NCBI GenBank assembly: GCA_017457385.1
Contig: JAFTHO010000098.1
Span: 1-42,680 of the forward strand
Length of the DNA stretch: 42,680 bases
DNA from: Clostridia bacterium
GTDB lineage: Bacteria > Bacillota > Clostridia > Christensenellales > CAG-314
Reading direction: 5' to 3'
Every line of letters begins with the position of its first letter. Position 1 is the first letter of the stretch. A program made the position numbers and the translations under genes. Of this stretch, positions 1 to 9,173 are shown piece after piece. The notes under the pieces were generated by a model. It did not search any database and was not told where the DNA came from. It worked only from the letters and a program-made list of their open reading frames with translations.

Positions 1-1719
1 ACTGTTTGCAGAAATACCGATTATATTATCATTTTCTGCCACGAGTTTTTTGAGCAAATCCACGTCATCTTTGAGTGCAAAGTTTGGCAAATCAAGATAA
101 AATTTGCAATCAAATTTGTCTAAAAATGCTTTTGTATACTCTTGTGGTTTGACGATAATATAGTCACAATCTGTCACAATAGCAACTTGCTCTGGGTGAG
201 AAATGCAAACTGCAACAAGGTTTTGATGAGTTTTGCTCTCTATTTGTGGCAAATTGTAGTTTGGTTTTTCTCTTTCAAAACAAGTGAGTTTTTGTGCCAA
301 TTGTTCAAAAATCTGACGTCTGAACTCGTTTATTTTTGATTTTGGGATGAAAATATCATCATTTTCAACTACTATGTCTAAAATAGTAAATTGAGTTTCA
401 CCCAATTTTGCCATTTGTTTTGCAATTTCTTGCGAAGACGTTGGGTTGTTTTGTGCTTTTTCACAAACAAAATCACTTTCAAAAAGGAAAGTTTGGTTTT
501 TGCAAGTGACACTGCACTTTATTGGCTGACCAACTTTTGCATCAACCTGCAAACTTGCCCCTATCTTTTTTGTAAGGTCTGCATATTGCTCAAGCAAAGC
601 ATTTTGAGTAGTTACGTTAAGTTTGTCGCCAGGTTTGATTTTTCCGCTGTATGACAACTTGATTTTTCCGTTTTGATCTTCTGCAAAAACTGCGTTGCCA
701 ACTTCGATATTGTTGCGGAAGATTTTGAAGGCATCTTCACTTTTGAATTTTTGATTTACAGATGCAATGCAAAATTTGTCTTTTACAACGTCAATTTTGC
801 CGACTTCAAGTCCTTTGTGTCCTTGTGAGTGTGGATATATGATTTTGCCAAAATCAGCCTCGTACATATATCCTTTTGTATAATCACCACGATTGAACAT
901 TTTTTTGAGATTAGAATAGTCATTTTGAGTGATTGTTTTGCCGTCAATTGCCTTTCTGTAAACTTCCGTCGCTTGTCCAACGTATTCTTTACGGCGGTTT
1001 CTGCCCTCAATTTTGACACGATTTATGCCAAGTTGTTTGAGTTCGCCTATTTTGTCGGCAAGACACAAATCTTTGGTAGAAAGCAAATATCCTTCGTTTA
1101 TTTTTTTGCCGTCACTAAAACAGCTGTAATTTTGTCTGCAAGGTTGTTTGCATTGACCACGATTTCCGCTGTAAGCATCAACTGCACTTGACATCTGGCA
1201 CTGACCGGAAACACTCACGCACAATGCACCTTGCACAAAATATTCGATATTTATGTCAGGATGGTTTTTGCGTACGTCCAAAACTGTTTTTTTGTCAATT
1301 TCACGGGATAAAACAAGACTGTTTATGCCAAGTTGTTTAGAAACAGTACAACCCTCACTGTTTTGCACGTTTGCCTGTGTGCTGAAAACCACGTCACAAC
1401 CAGGCAAATGCTTTGCAAGCAATTCGCAAAGACCAAAATCAGCACAGATGATGCCGTCTACGCCGCACATATATGCTTGTGATGCAACGTCCAATGCTTT
1501 TTCAAATTCGTTTGGCTTTACCAGAATATTGAGCGTCAAAAACACCTTTGTACCATAAAGATGACAAAGTTGAACGGCCTGAGCAAGAGTTTCTGCCGTG
1601 AAGTTGTCTGCCTTCATCCTTGCATTAAAACTGTCAAGACCAAGATATACACAATCTGCACCAGATTGAACTGCCTGTTTTAAACTTTCAAAATTGCCTG
1701 CCGGCGCAAAAATTTCCAT
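1..1719 (-). CDS. Peptidase U32 family protein (collagenase-like); C-terminus runs off the left edge of the window
   Basis: Absent from the ORF track because no stop lies in-window. My translation from the ATG (complement of 1717-1719) reads MEIFAPAGNFESLKQAVQSGADCVYLGLDSFNARMKADNFT... and stays open to position 1 (573 codons). It contains EYFVQGALCVSVSGQCQMS, which fits the U32 signature E-x-F-x2-G-[SA]-[LIVM]-C-x4-G-x-C-x-[LIVM]-S. Confidence 0.8.
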   Translation of the reverse strand, partial: MEIFAPAGNFESLKQAVQSGADCVYLGLDSFNARMKADNFTAETLAQAVQLCHLYGTKVFLTLNILVKPNEFEKALDVASQAYMCGVDGIICADFGLCELLAKHLPGCDVVFSTQANVQNSEGCTVSKQLGINSLVLSREIDKKTVLDVRKNHPDINIEYFVQGALCVSVSGQCQMSSAVDAYSGNRGQCKQPCRQNYSCFSDGKKINEGYLLSTKDLCLADKIGELKQLGINRVKIEGRNRRKEYVGQATEVYRKAIDGKTITQNDYSNLKKMFNRGDYTKGYMYEADFGKIIYPHSQGHKGLEVGKIDVVKDKFCIASVNQKFKSEDAFKIFRNNIEVGNAVFAEDQNGKIKLSYSGKIKPGDKLNVTTQNALLEQYADLTKKIGASLQVDAKVGQPIKCSVTCKNQTFLFESDFVCEKAQNNPTSSQEIAKQMAKLGETQFTILDIVVENDDIFIPKSKINEFRRQIFEQLAQKLTCFEREKPNYNLPQIESKTHQNLVAVCISHPEQVAIVTDCDYIIVKPQEYTKAFLDKFDCKFYLDLPNFALKDDVDLLKKLVAENDNIIGISANS

Positions 1720-1783
1720 ATTAGAATTTTAACACTTTTATCCCTTTTTAGCAATGCAAATGCAAAAAGATATATTTTAGCAA

Positions 1784-1813
1784 CAAAAAACCAGGCTTGC
1801 TTTCGCAAACCTG
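1784..1813 (-). terminator. Rho-independent terminator after the 1859..2317 gene
   Basis: Arms 1792-1800 and 1805-1813 pair over 9 bp (one G.U on the minus strand) with a 4-nt loop. A U-run follows on the minus strand (A-run 1785-1790 on plus). Confidence 0.6.
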
Positions 1814-1858
1814 CTTTATCTTTGTAGTATTTAACTAAACAGAGGATTTATTAAAAGT

Positions 1859-2317
1859 TTATTTTTCTTTATTTTGTTCTTTAATTTTAATAGAAAGTTC
1901 TTCAAACAAAGACCTGATTTGCTTACGCTTAAAAAATAATGCAGTAGTTATTTCAAAACATTTTTCAATATTTTTCACATGCAAACGAATGACGGAAAAA
2001 CTCATTTTTAATGCTTTTTTATCCTCTATCTCTATGCCTAAAATGTCTTTAAAATCTATTTTTTTCTGACTTAAACCCGCTCCGTTTTGAGGGTATCGAA
2101 TAATTAAAAAATTTTCAGCAAAAACGATTTTCCATGACAATAAAAATGGTAAAAACAAAGGAAATACCCAAACAAGAATATTTCCAACATGCACTCTTGC
2201 TTGACTAGATGGTAAATTTAAGGCTCCAGCATTATGCCACTGAACAACCAAAAAAAACATTACACATGCGATAAAAAACCACAAAAAAGCTCTTGTCATT
2301 CTAAATGTTTTTTTCAT
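1859..2317 (-). CDS. Hypothetical membrane protein (two N-terminal hydrophobic segments plus a soluble C-terminal domain)
   Basis: 152-aa ORF with RBS AAAGGAGCAAAA before the ATG. Hydrophobic stretches FLWFFIACVMFFLVV and ILVWVFPLFLPFLL. I recognise no family. Confidence 0.5.
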   Translation of the reverse strand: MKKTFRMTRAFLWFFIACVMFFLVVQWHNAGALNLPSSQARVHVGNILVWVFPLFLPFLLSWKIVFAENFLIIRYPQNGAGLSQKKIDFKDILGIEIEDKKALKMSFSVIRLHVKNIEKCFEITTALFFKRKQIRSLFEELSIKIKEQNKEK

Positions 2318-2406
2318 TTTTGCTCCTTTTTTTAATCAAGTGATAGTTTTGTAATTGATGTTTTTTATCAAATACAAATGTCTTACCCAACTTTCGACTT
2401 TTTATT

Positions 2407-2435
2407 ATTTTACTTTACAACACAGCCAATGTCAA
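2407..2435 (-). promoter_or_regulatory. SigmaA-like promoter for the 1859..2317 gene
   Basis: Minus strand reads TTGACA (2430-2435), a 17-nt spacer, then TAAAAT (2407-2412). Confidence 0.45.
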
Positions 2436-2443
2436 TATGCAAC

Positions 2444-2471
2444 AAAAAAAGACCACTCAAATGAGTGGTCT
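2444..2471 (-). terminator. Rho-independent terminator after pheT
   Basis: Hairpin agaccactc/gagtggtct (2450-2471) with a 4-nt loop, followed on the minus strand by a 7-nt U-run. Confidence 0.75.
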
Positions 2472-2505
2472 TAAATTTATTGTTGAGTTGTCAGAATAAT
2501 TTGTT

Positions 2506-4893
2506 TTATCTGAGTTTTGCATCAAAATTGTTTTGCAAAGTTGAAAGAATCTTTTTCATTTGTTTTTCAATTTCGTTGTCAGTGAGAGTTTTGTTTTCTG
2601 ATCTGAACTTGAATGACAAAGAAACGCTCTTTTTGCCCTGTTCTACCTGATTGCCTTTGTATACGTCAAACAATTTAACTTCTTCGAGAATGTGGATATT
2701 TTGTTTTGACGCCTTGATGAGGTCGCCTACTGCAACGTCATCGTTTACAACCAAAGACAAGTCTCTTTCTACCGCAGGGAATTTTGCAATTGCTTTGTAA
2801 CTAACTGCCTGATTTGCATGTTTTGACAATTTGTCAAAGTCGATAGATGCGATATAAGTTGTTTGAGCAAGCTCAAAGTTTTTGGCAACTTGTGGATGAA
2901 CTTCACCAAAACAACCGATTTTTTCGTCATTTACGATGATGTCGGCAGAAATGCCAGGGTGCAAATAAGTTTCTTTTGAACGAACAACGTCAAATTCGCA
3001 ACCAAGTTCTTTGAGCATAAATGCAATGATACCTTTGAGAAGGAAGAAATCACCTTTGCCATAAAGACCGATTGTGAGAGTTTCTACCTCGTCAGGAAGT
3101 TCTGTGAGTGGCAAACTGTGTGGTTTGAAGGCTTTGCCAAACTCAAACAAAGTTGCAGATTGATTTGCCCTGCTTTGGTTTGTTGCAAGTATGCTGAGCA
3201 TACCAGGAACAAGTGTTGTACGCATGCAACTAACTTCTTCGCCAAGTGGGTTTGTGATGCGAATAAGGTTGTAAAGTTCGCTGTCTTGTGGCGCAAGCAA
3301 TTTGTCGACAGAAGATTTGCCAAAGAATGCATAAGTGATGATTTCGTTTGCACCAATGCCTGTCAAAACTTCTTTTGCTTTGTCGATATAAACCTGACGT
3401 TTTGTTTTGCCACCTTTTGTGATGCTTGCTTTTTCCAGCAAAGTTGGTGTGATGTGGTCATAACCATATACGCGGATGATTTCTTCGATGATATCGCAAT
3501 CACGCTCGAGATCGTCACGATATTCTGGGATAAGACAGCTTACAACGTTGTTTTCGATAGTTGTTTGGATGCCCAAAGTTTGCAAAATGTTGATAACAAC
3601 GTCTTTTGGAACAGAAATGCCAAGCAATTTTTTGATGCGGGCATATTTGAAAGTCAAAAGTGTCTTTTTGCATTCTTTTACAGACAAGTCGATAAGGCCG
3701 TCAACGCAAGTGCCACAACCAAGTTGCTGACAAAGTTGCATTGCTCTTGCCAAAGCAAGTCTTGTCATATAACTGTTAACACCCTTTTCAAATCTTGCAG
3801 AAGAGTCTGAACGGATGCCAAGTTTTCTGCTGCTTTTGCGGATGTTTTCTTTGCGGAATTCTGCTGCTTCGAAAACAACTGTTTTTGTTGTTTCTTTGAT
3901 GCCAGAGTTTCTGCCACCCATAATACCAGCAAGACCAACTGCCCTTTCTTTGTCGGCAATTACCAACACGTCGTTGTCCAAAACGTATGTTTTTTCGTCA
4001 AAAGGAACAATTTGTTCGCCATCCTGTGCTCTGCGAACGATGATTTGATTGTCTTTGATGTCGTCGTGGTCAAAAGCGTGCATTGGTTGACCCATTTCCC
4101 ACAAAACGTAGTTTGTGATGTCAACCATGTTAGAAATGCCGTGCAAACCAACTGCTTTAAGACGACGAGTCATCCAGAGTGGTGATTTTGCAATTTTTAC
4201 GTCTTTTACACCAGCCATAAGATAGGTTGGACAAAGATCTGTTGCACTGACTTCTACGTTTACAAGGTCGTTTACGCTTGTGCTGTTGTCTGTTGTATAG
4301 CTGTAGTCTGGCATTTTAAACTGTTTGCCAAGTGCAACTGCAACTTCGCGGGCAATGCCGATGATGCTTTGGCAGTCTGGTCTGTTAGAAGTGATGCCAA
4401 TGTCAAGAACATAGTCGTCAAGACCCAAAACAGGTTTGATATCCATGCCTATAGGTGTGTCTTTGTCCAGAATAAGGATGCCATAAACGTCTGCGCCAGG
4501 ATAGTTGTCGTTTGTGATGCAAAGTTCTTCGCCAGAGCAAAGCATACCAAAAGATTCTACGCCACGCAATTTGCCCTTTTTGATAGACATGCCGTTTGGC
4601 AATTTTGAACCGTGCTTTGCAACAGGAACAATATCGCCCTCTTTTACGTTGTTTGCACCAGTGACAATTTGCAACATTTCGTCGCCAACGTTGATCTGAC
4701 AAACGATGAGTTTGTCTGCGTCTGGGTGACGGTCGATTTTTTCAATTCGTCCGGCAACAACGTTTTCTATATTTTCACCAAGATAGATAACTTCTTCTAC
4801 CTCAAAACCAATGCCAACGAGTTTGTCGCACAAAGTTTGCACGTCAACGTCTACGTCAACATAGTCTTTAATCCAACTCAATAATGCTTTCAT
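2506..4893 (-). CDS. pheT: Phenylalanine--tRNA ligase beta subunit
   Basis: 795-aa ORF. The N-terminal tRNA-binding domain (MKALLSWIKDYVDV...GRIEKIDRHPDADKLIVCQINVG), B3/4 and B5 regions and overall length are typical of PheT. It lies directly downstream of pheS. Confidence 0.95.
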   Translation of the reverse strand: MKALLSWIKDYVDVDVDVQTLCDKLVGIGFEVEEVIYLGENIENVVAGRIEKIDRHPDADKLIVCQINVGDEMLQIVTGANNVKEGDIVPVAKHGSKLPNGMSIKKGKLRGVESFGMLCSGEELCITNDNYPGADVYGILILDKDTPIGMDIKPVLGLDDYVLDIGITSNRPDCQSIIGIAREVAVALGKQFKMPDYSYTTDNSTSVNDLVNVEVSATDLCPTYLMAGVKDVKIAKSPLWMTRRLKAVGLHGISNMVDITNYVLWEMGQPMHAFDHDDIKDNQIIVRRAQDGEQIVPFDEKTYVLDNDVLVIADKERAVGLAGIMGGRNSGIKETTKTVVFEAAEFRKENIRKSSRKLGIRSDSSARFEKGVNSYMTRLALARAMQLCQQLGCGTCVDGLIDLSVKECKKTLLTFKYARIKKLLGISVPKDVVINILQTLGIQTTIENNVVSCLIPEYRDDLERDCDIIEEIIRVYGYDHITPTLLEKASITKGGKTKRQVYIDKAKEVLTGIGANEIITYAFFGKSSVDKLLAPQDSELYNLIRITNPLGEEVSCMRTTLVPGMLSILATNQSRANQSATLFEFGKAFKPHSLPLTELPDEVETLTIGLYGKGDFFLLKGIIAFMLKELGCEFDVVRSKETYLHPGISADIIVNDEKIGCFGEVHPQVAKNFELAQTTYIASIDFDKLSKHANQAVSYKAIAKFPAVERDLSLVVNDDVAVGDLIKASKQNIHILEEVKLFDVYKGNQVEQGKKSVSLSFKFRSENKTLTDNEIEKQMKKILSTLQNNFDAKLR

Positions 4894-4910
4894 ATATATC
4901 TAATCTCCCC

Positions 4911-5948
4911 TTATCTGAATTGTTTCAAAAAGCGAACGTCGTTTTCGAAGAACAATTTGATGTTTGGAATGCCATATTTGATCATTGCAATACGTTCAAG
5001 ACCCATACCAAAGGCATAACCAGTGTATTTTGTAGAGTCAATGCCACAGTTTTCCAAAACTTTTGGGTTGACCATACCAGCACCCAAAACCTCGATCCAG
5101 CCTGTGCCTTTGCAAAGTTTGCAACCTTTGCCACCACAGTTTGAACAAGTGAGGTCAACTTCTACGCTTGGTTCTGTAAATGGAAAGAAAGATGGTCTGA
5201 AGCGTGCTTTTGTCTGTTCGTTAAACAAAGACTGAGCAAACGTTTCAAGCGTACCCATAAGGTCGCAAAGAGTAACGTTTTTGTCCACTACCAGACCTTC
5301 GATCTGATGGAACATTGGAGAGTGGCTGGCATCGTCGTCAGAACGATAAACTTTGCCAGGACAAAGCATTTTGATTGGTGGTTGCTTTTTCTCCATTACA
5401 CGCACCTGGTTTGGTGAAGTGTGAGTACGCAAAACGATGTCTTCTGCGATATAAAAAGTATCCTGAGCATCTCTTGCAGGGTGATTTTTTGGTATATTGA
5501 GTGCTTCAAAGCAATAATAGTCAGTTTCGATTTCCGGTCCTTCCAAAACTTCAAAGCCAAGACCTTTGAATATGTCCATAATTTCGTTTGCAACAAGGTT
5601 TACTGGGTGCAAATGGCCTCTTTCTTCGCAAGAAACTGATTGATAAGGAAGTGTAATGTCCACTGTTTCTTTTTGAAGTTTTTCGTTGAGAACTTTTTCT
5701 TTCATTTTTGCTTCTGCTTCTGCAAAAGCGCTTTCCAATGTTTTGCGGGCTTCGTTAACCAGTTGACCAAATGCAGGTCTTTCTTCTGGTGACAAATCTC
5801 TCATAGATTTGAGCATATTTTGAAGTTCGCTGTTTTTGCCAAGACTTTCTGACTTGATTTTTTGCAAGTCGTTTGCAGACATTTCGTCAATGTTAGAAAT
5901 GCGTGCTATGCAAGTTTCAACAAGTTGTTTGATTTTGTCGTTAAGCAT
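4911..5948 (-). CDS. pheS: Phenylalanine--tRNA ligase alpha subunit
   Basis: 345-aa ORF with class II aaRS motifs (HPARDAQDTFY, FRPSFFPFTEPS, GFAFGMGLERIAM). Confidence 0.95.
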   Translation of the reverse strand: MLNDKIKQLVETCIARISNIDEMSANDLQKIKSESLGKNSELQNMLKSMRDLSPEERPAFGQLVNEARKTLESAFAEAEAKMKEKVLNEKLQKETVDITLPYQSVSCEERGHLHPVNLVANEIMDIFKGLGFEVLEGPEIETDYYCFEALNIPKNHPARDAQDTFYIAEDIVLRTHTSPNQVRVMEKKQPPIKMLCPGKVYRSDDDASHSPMFHQIEGLVVDKNVTLCDLMGTLETFAQSLFNEQTKARFRPSFFPFTEPSVEVDLTCSNCGGKGCKLCKGTGWIEVLGAGMVNPKVLENCGIDSTKYTGYAFGMGLERIAMIKYGIPNIKLFFENDVRFLKQFR

Positions 5949-5959
5949 ATTTTCTCCTT

Positions 5960-6195
5960 AAATATAAAAACGTCCTGACAAAACGTCAGGACGATAAAAA
6001 ATCGTGGTACCACCTAAACTTTTGCACAAAAATTGCGCCTCATTAACAGAGATAACGGTCTTGCCCGCAGTCGACTACGTTGTCACCGACCGAACTACAA
6101 AGTGAATATCTTTTTGTCAACAACTATGGTTTTGCACCACCAACCACTCTCTGAAAGTTGCGCCTGACAAACTCTTGTGCTTTGTCAACGTTTTG
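5960..6195 (-). promoter_or_regulatory. T-box leader (Phe specifier) with terminator/antiterminator, controlling pheST
   Basis: Minus strand contains AGAGAG (complement of 6147-6152) and a distal GGTGGTGCAAAACC. A TTC triplet sits in GTAGTTCGG on the 3' side of Stem I. The T-box core AGGTGGTACCACG is the complement of 6004-6016. A terminator hairpin, 5971-5979 pairing with 5985-5993, is followed by a U-run. An extended -10 TGCTATAAT ends at 6200. Confidence 0.85.
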
Positions 6196-6246
6196 ATGAA
6201 TTATAGCACAAATTTGCCCTTGCAATCAACTGTTTTTGCCCTTGTT

Positions 6247-6942
6247 TTATGGCAAAATGCCCATATTTGAGCCAAAATCACCCATTGACAGATAAACTTG
6301 TGGCACTTTGCCCACAAGCAGACTTTCGCACACCAAAACTTCGGCACAAGTTGTTATCGTCTGGTCTGATGTTGGCAAAATGACACGCATATCTGCAACA
6401 ACGTTTAAAAAAATTTTGTGTCTTGTCTGGTTTATCCCTGCTTGTTCAAACTCTGACAAAAAAGTGCAGTTTACACTTTCGTATGGAGTGATTTTTATTT
6501 TAATCTGCGGACCAAGGTTAGAAAAAAATGCAATTCCAGTCAATTGTCCTATTGGCAAGGATATTGTCATATCTTTGTTTTTTTGCAGATTTTGCTGTGT
6601 TTTTTGTGCCGTGTCACGTGCAAGCTGATTGACTAAAACGGAGTTTGTTTCAAACAATGCAACGTCTCCGTTGGAGTCTTTTTCTACCCTCATCAAATCG
6701 CTGTATGATACTGACGTTGACATAACTTCTATCACGGCATTGTTGACGGCAGACATTGTGACAGACTGCACTTTTGCGTGGCAGGTTGACACAATGACAG
6801 AAGAAAAATAGTTTGTTGCACTGTATGCAAGATATGCAAAAATGCCTAAAAACACCAAAAAACCAATATATTTTTGCTTTTTTCTCTTCTTTTTTGCTCT
6901 TTTTTGTTTTTTGGGTGTGAGATCAAAAATACCAACCTGCAT
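6247..6942 (-). CDS. yunB: Sporulation protein YunB
   Basis: 231-aa ORF with an N-terminal Lys-rich tail and one TM segment. Blocks LPIGQLTG..FSNLGPQIKIK, GINQTRHKIFLNV and GKVPQVY resemble B. subtilis YunB as I recall it. Confidence 0.8.
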   Translation of the reverse strand: MQVGIFDLTPKKQKRAKKKRKKQKYIGFLVFLGIFAYLAYSATNYFSSVIVSTCHAKVQSVTMSAVNNAVIEVMSTSVSYSDLMRVEKDSNGDVALFETNSVLVNQLARDTAQKTQQNLQKNKDMTISLPIGQLTGIAFFSNLGPQIKIKITPYESVNCTFLSEFEQAGINQTRHKIFLNVVADMRVILPTSDQTITTCAEVLVCESLLVGKVPQVYLSMGDFGSNMGILP

Positions 6943-6978
6943 AGTTTTATATAATATGCAGAGTTGTTACAAAAATTG

Positions 6979-7344
6979 TCATTTCTTTTTGGTGCGTGGC
7001 TTAAACAAAATTGCATTTATATATCCAAAAATTATGGCGGTTGCAATGCCAGGTGCAGTTGCCTGCAAACCACCTTTTATTGCACCAAAAAAGCCTTCTG
7101 CCCTGATGCCGTCCAATGCACCGTTGACAAGCGAACAACCAAAACCGGATATAGGCACACTTGCGCCTGCACCAAACGTGTCAACAAGTGGCTGATAAAG
7201 GTCAAAAGCCTGCAAAACCGCACCCAAAATAAGAAACATAACGAGAATTTTGCCATTTGTGAGATGAGTGAGATTGATTACAATTTGACCAAGCATACAA
7301 ATAAAACCACCCATCAAAAATGCTTTTGCAATATTGATCAACAT
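6979..7344 (-). CDS. spoVAE: Stage V sporulation protein AE (SpoVAEB type)
   Basis: Start moved to the internal ATG (7342-7344), preceded by GGAGG and 7 nt. MLINIAKAFLMGGFICMLGQIVI...GAGASVPISGFGCSL...FKP matches the SpoVAE pattern. It lies 1 nt after the spoVAD stop. Confidence 0.88.
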   Translation of the reverse strand: MLINIAKAFLMGGFICMLGQIVINLTHLTNGKILVMFLILGAVLQAFDLYQPLVDTFGAGASVPISGFGCSLVNGALDGIRAEGFFGAIKGGLQATAPGIATAIIFGYINAILFKPRTKKK

Positions 7345-8348
7345 GAGCAAACCTCCAGACAATGTGCAATGCAAGGCACACTTTCGCCCTGAAATGACGT
7401 AAGTGGGCTAAGCAATGCGCCTGTGCCAACCAAAAGTATTTTTTTATACTTTTTTTGTTTGAATTTGTTGAGGATATACGAATTGAAGACGATTGCACTG
7501 CATGCAGCACCACTGCCACCCTGAAAAGTCTGTTGTTTTTGTTTATAAAGCATTGCACCACAATCAAAAAGTTTGTCTTTAAAGTCGATGCCACGGTCTT
7601 TTGCAAAATCAAAAAGAATTTGTCTGCCAAGTTTGCCCAGATCACCTGTGAAAATGCCGTCATAATCGTCCACTTTTGCCTTTGTATCCTCAAAAAACTG
7701 CAAAATTGTGTCACATGCGGCAGGTGCCATGGCAGCACCCATATTGTTTACGTCTTTTATGCCAAGGTCAATCACCCGTCCTGCAACTCCTTTTGTTATT
7801 TTGCATATTGCATTGTCACTTTCGTTTGTCAAAATGCTTGCTCCTGCCCCTGTTGCAGTCCATTGTGTAACGGGAGAACGCAAAACACCAAGTTCCAGAG
7901 GATAACGATATTGTCGCTCTGCAGTAGAAAAATGACTGCCACTGATGCACACGACTTTGTTTTTGTATCCACCGTCAACAAGACAACTGCCCACAAGCAA
8001 ACTTTCGGCAAAAGTGCCACATGCGTTGTATAGTCCCAAAAAAGACGAGTCGTATGCCCTCATTGCAAAAGAAACGGATACTATCTGATTGAGCAAATCA
8101 CCACCAAGCATTGTGTCTATGTTTTGTGGTTGCAAATTTGCCTTGTTTAAAACACCGTCAATTGCAAACTTGAACATTTTGCACTCTGCCTTTTCAAAAG
8201 ATTTTTCGCCAAATTTGTCATCTTGCAGACAAAAATCAAAACAATCACCCAAAAGCCCGTGTTTTTCTTTTGGGCCTGCAATGGCAAAACCTTGCCTTAC
8301 AAAAGCGTTTTCAAACACAAAAGTTTGTTTACCAACTCTTTTTTGCAT
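7338..8348 (-). CDS. spoVAD: Stage V sporulation protein AD (thiolase-like fold)
   Basis: Start set at ATG 8346-8348 (MQKRVGKQTFVFEN...), 1 nt after the spoVAC stop, with a GGGGG RBS. The N-terminus aligns with the SpoVAD pattern GKQTWxFE. Confidence 0.9.
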   Translation of the reverse strand: MQKRVGKQTFVFENAFVRQGFAIAGPKEKHGLLGDCFDFCLQDDKFGEKSFEKAECKMFKFAIDGVLNKANLQPQNIDTMLGGDLLNQIVSVSFAMRAYDSSFLGLYNACGTFAESLLVGSCLVDGGYKNKVVCISGSHFSTAERQYRYPLELGVLRSPVTQWTATGAGASILTNESDNAICKITKGVAGRVIDLGIKDVNNMGAAMAPAACDTILQFFEDTKAKVDDYDGIFTGDLGKLGRQILFDFAKDRGIDFKDKLFDCGAMLYKQKQQTFQGGSGAACSAIVFNSYILNKFKQKKYKKILLVGTGALLSPLTSFQGESVPCIAHCLEVCSC

Positions 8349-8349
8349 T

Positions 8350-8859
8350 TTATACCCCCAAAACAAGATGAAAAACTGCAATGACAAAAGAAATCATCAC
8401 TCCGTTGACAACCACAGGGCCAGCCACGGTGAACATTTTTGCACCCAGACCATAAATCATACCCTCTGACCTGAACTCAATTGCAGGTGCAACCATTGCG
8501 TTAGAAAAACCCGTGATTGGCACTGTTGACCCTGCACCGGCAAAACGACCAAGTTTGTCATATACGCCAAGCCCTGTTGCGCATGCAGCCAATGCAACAA
8601 GAATGCACGATGCAAAAACACTTGCAACTTTGTCCTCAACGCCATTTTGCACAAGCAAATCTATAATCACTTGCCCAAAAGCACAAATCAACCCACCAAT
8701 GACGTATGCCCAAAACATATTTTTGACGTGTGATGATTTGGGTGACACTTCAAAAACATAGTCCATATACAAAGTTTTTTTCTTTTGGTTTTTAAAAGAC
8801 CTTATTTTGCTTTGCTCTTCTATCAGTTTTGTATCTTTTTGTTCAAAATTCTGGCTCAT
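8350..8859 (-). CDS. spoVAC: Stage V sporulation protein AC
   Basis: Start set at ATG 8857-8859 (MSQNFEQ...), preceded by AAAGGAGAAGACAAA. The C-terminal core GAGSTVPITGFSNAM...GPVVV is typical of SpoVAC. The longer track ORF (to 8997) begins with an implausible extension. Confidence 0.88.
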   Translation of the reverse strand: MSQNFEQKDTKLIEEQSKIRSFKNQKKKTLYMDYVFEVSPKSSHVKNMFWAYVIGGLICAFGQVIIDLLVQNGVEDKVASVFASCILVALAACATGLGVYDKLGRFAGAGSTVPITGFSNAMVAPAIEFRSEGMIYGLGAKMFTVAGPVVVNGVMISFVIAVFHLVLGV

Positions 8860-8942
8860 TTTGTCTTCTCCTTTGGCTCGACATAAAAAGTTTCTTTTTC
8901 GTCCATATTTTTGCCAAACTCTCTTACAGTTGTTGTTTTCAT
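8856..8942 (-). CDS. Candidate 28-codon small ORF translationally coupled to spoVAC
   Basis: My translation is MKTTTVREFGKNMDEKETFYVEPKEKTK. A strong RBS AAAGGGGG sits 5 nt before the ATG (8940-8942). Its TGA overlaps the spoVAC ATG as ATGA. It is too short for the ORF track. Confidence 0.25.
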   Translation of the reverse strand: MKTTTVREFGKNMDEKETFYVEPKEKTK

Positions 8943-9022
8943 AACAACCCCCTTTGTTTTTGTATATTTTTGCCCAAAAACAAAAAAATAGACGCAAAAC
9001 CTGCGCCTTTTTAATTTGTATG

Positions 9023-9051
9023 TTGAAATTGCAACGTCAAAATGATATACT
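9023..9051 (+). promoter_or_regulatory. SigmaA-like promoter for the 9126..9797 gene
   Basis: TTGAAA (9023-9028), a 17-nt spacer, then TATACT (9046-9051). Confidence 0.5.
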
Positions 9052-9125
9052 ATAAAAAAAGAAACAAATTTGTCAAAAAACTATCAATCAGAAAACCGTC
9101 CCCTGATTGATTACGAGGTCTGACA

Positions 9126-9173
9126 ATGAAGAAAACATTAAAAAAGATAATGAAGAAAACATTAAAAAATATA
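9126..9173 (+). repeat. Tandem 24-nt duplication spanning the start codon of the orphan gene
   Basis: 9126-9149 atgaagaaaacattaaaaaagata and 9150-9173 atgaagaaaacattaaaaaatata match at 23/24 positions. This gives MKKTLKKI-MKKTLKNI. Confidence 0.9.

Noticed and set aside
2450-2471. The pheT terminator and the terminator at 9831-9858 share the 14-nt palindromic core cactcaaatgagtg
   Set aside because: Only the loop-proximal core is shared and the flanks differ. Two copies of a short palindrome are not enough to call a repeat family. Convergent terminator sequence is the likelier explanation.
3118-3810. 230-aa plus-strand ORF, with several 60-90-aa ORFs around it, inside pheT
   Set aside because: It is antisense or out of frame relative to a full-length, well-conserved pheT. 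The product is Cys/Phe-rich low-complexity sequence typical of shadow ORFs in AT-rich DNA.
6868-6915. Long A/T-rich homopolymeric tracts encoding Lys-rich tails (yunB KKQKRAKKKRKKQK; a similar tract in oapA)
   Set aside because: This is low-complexity coding sequence. It has no interspersed repeat or CRISPR-like spacing.
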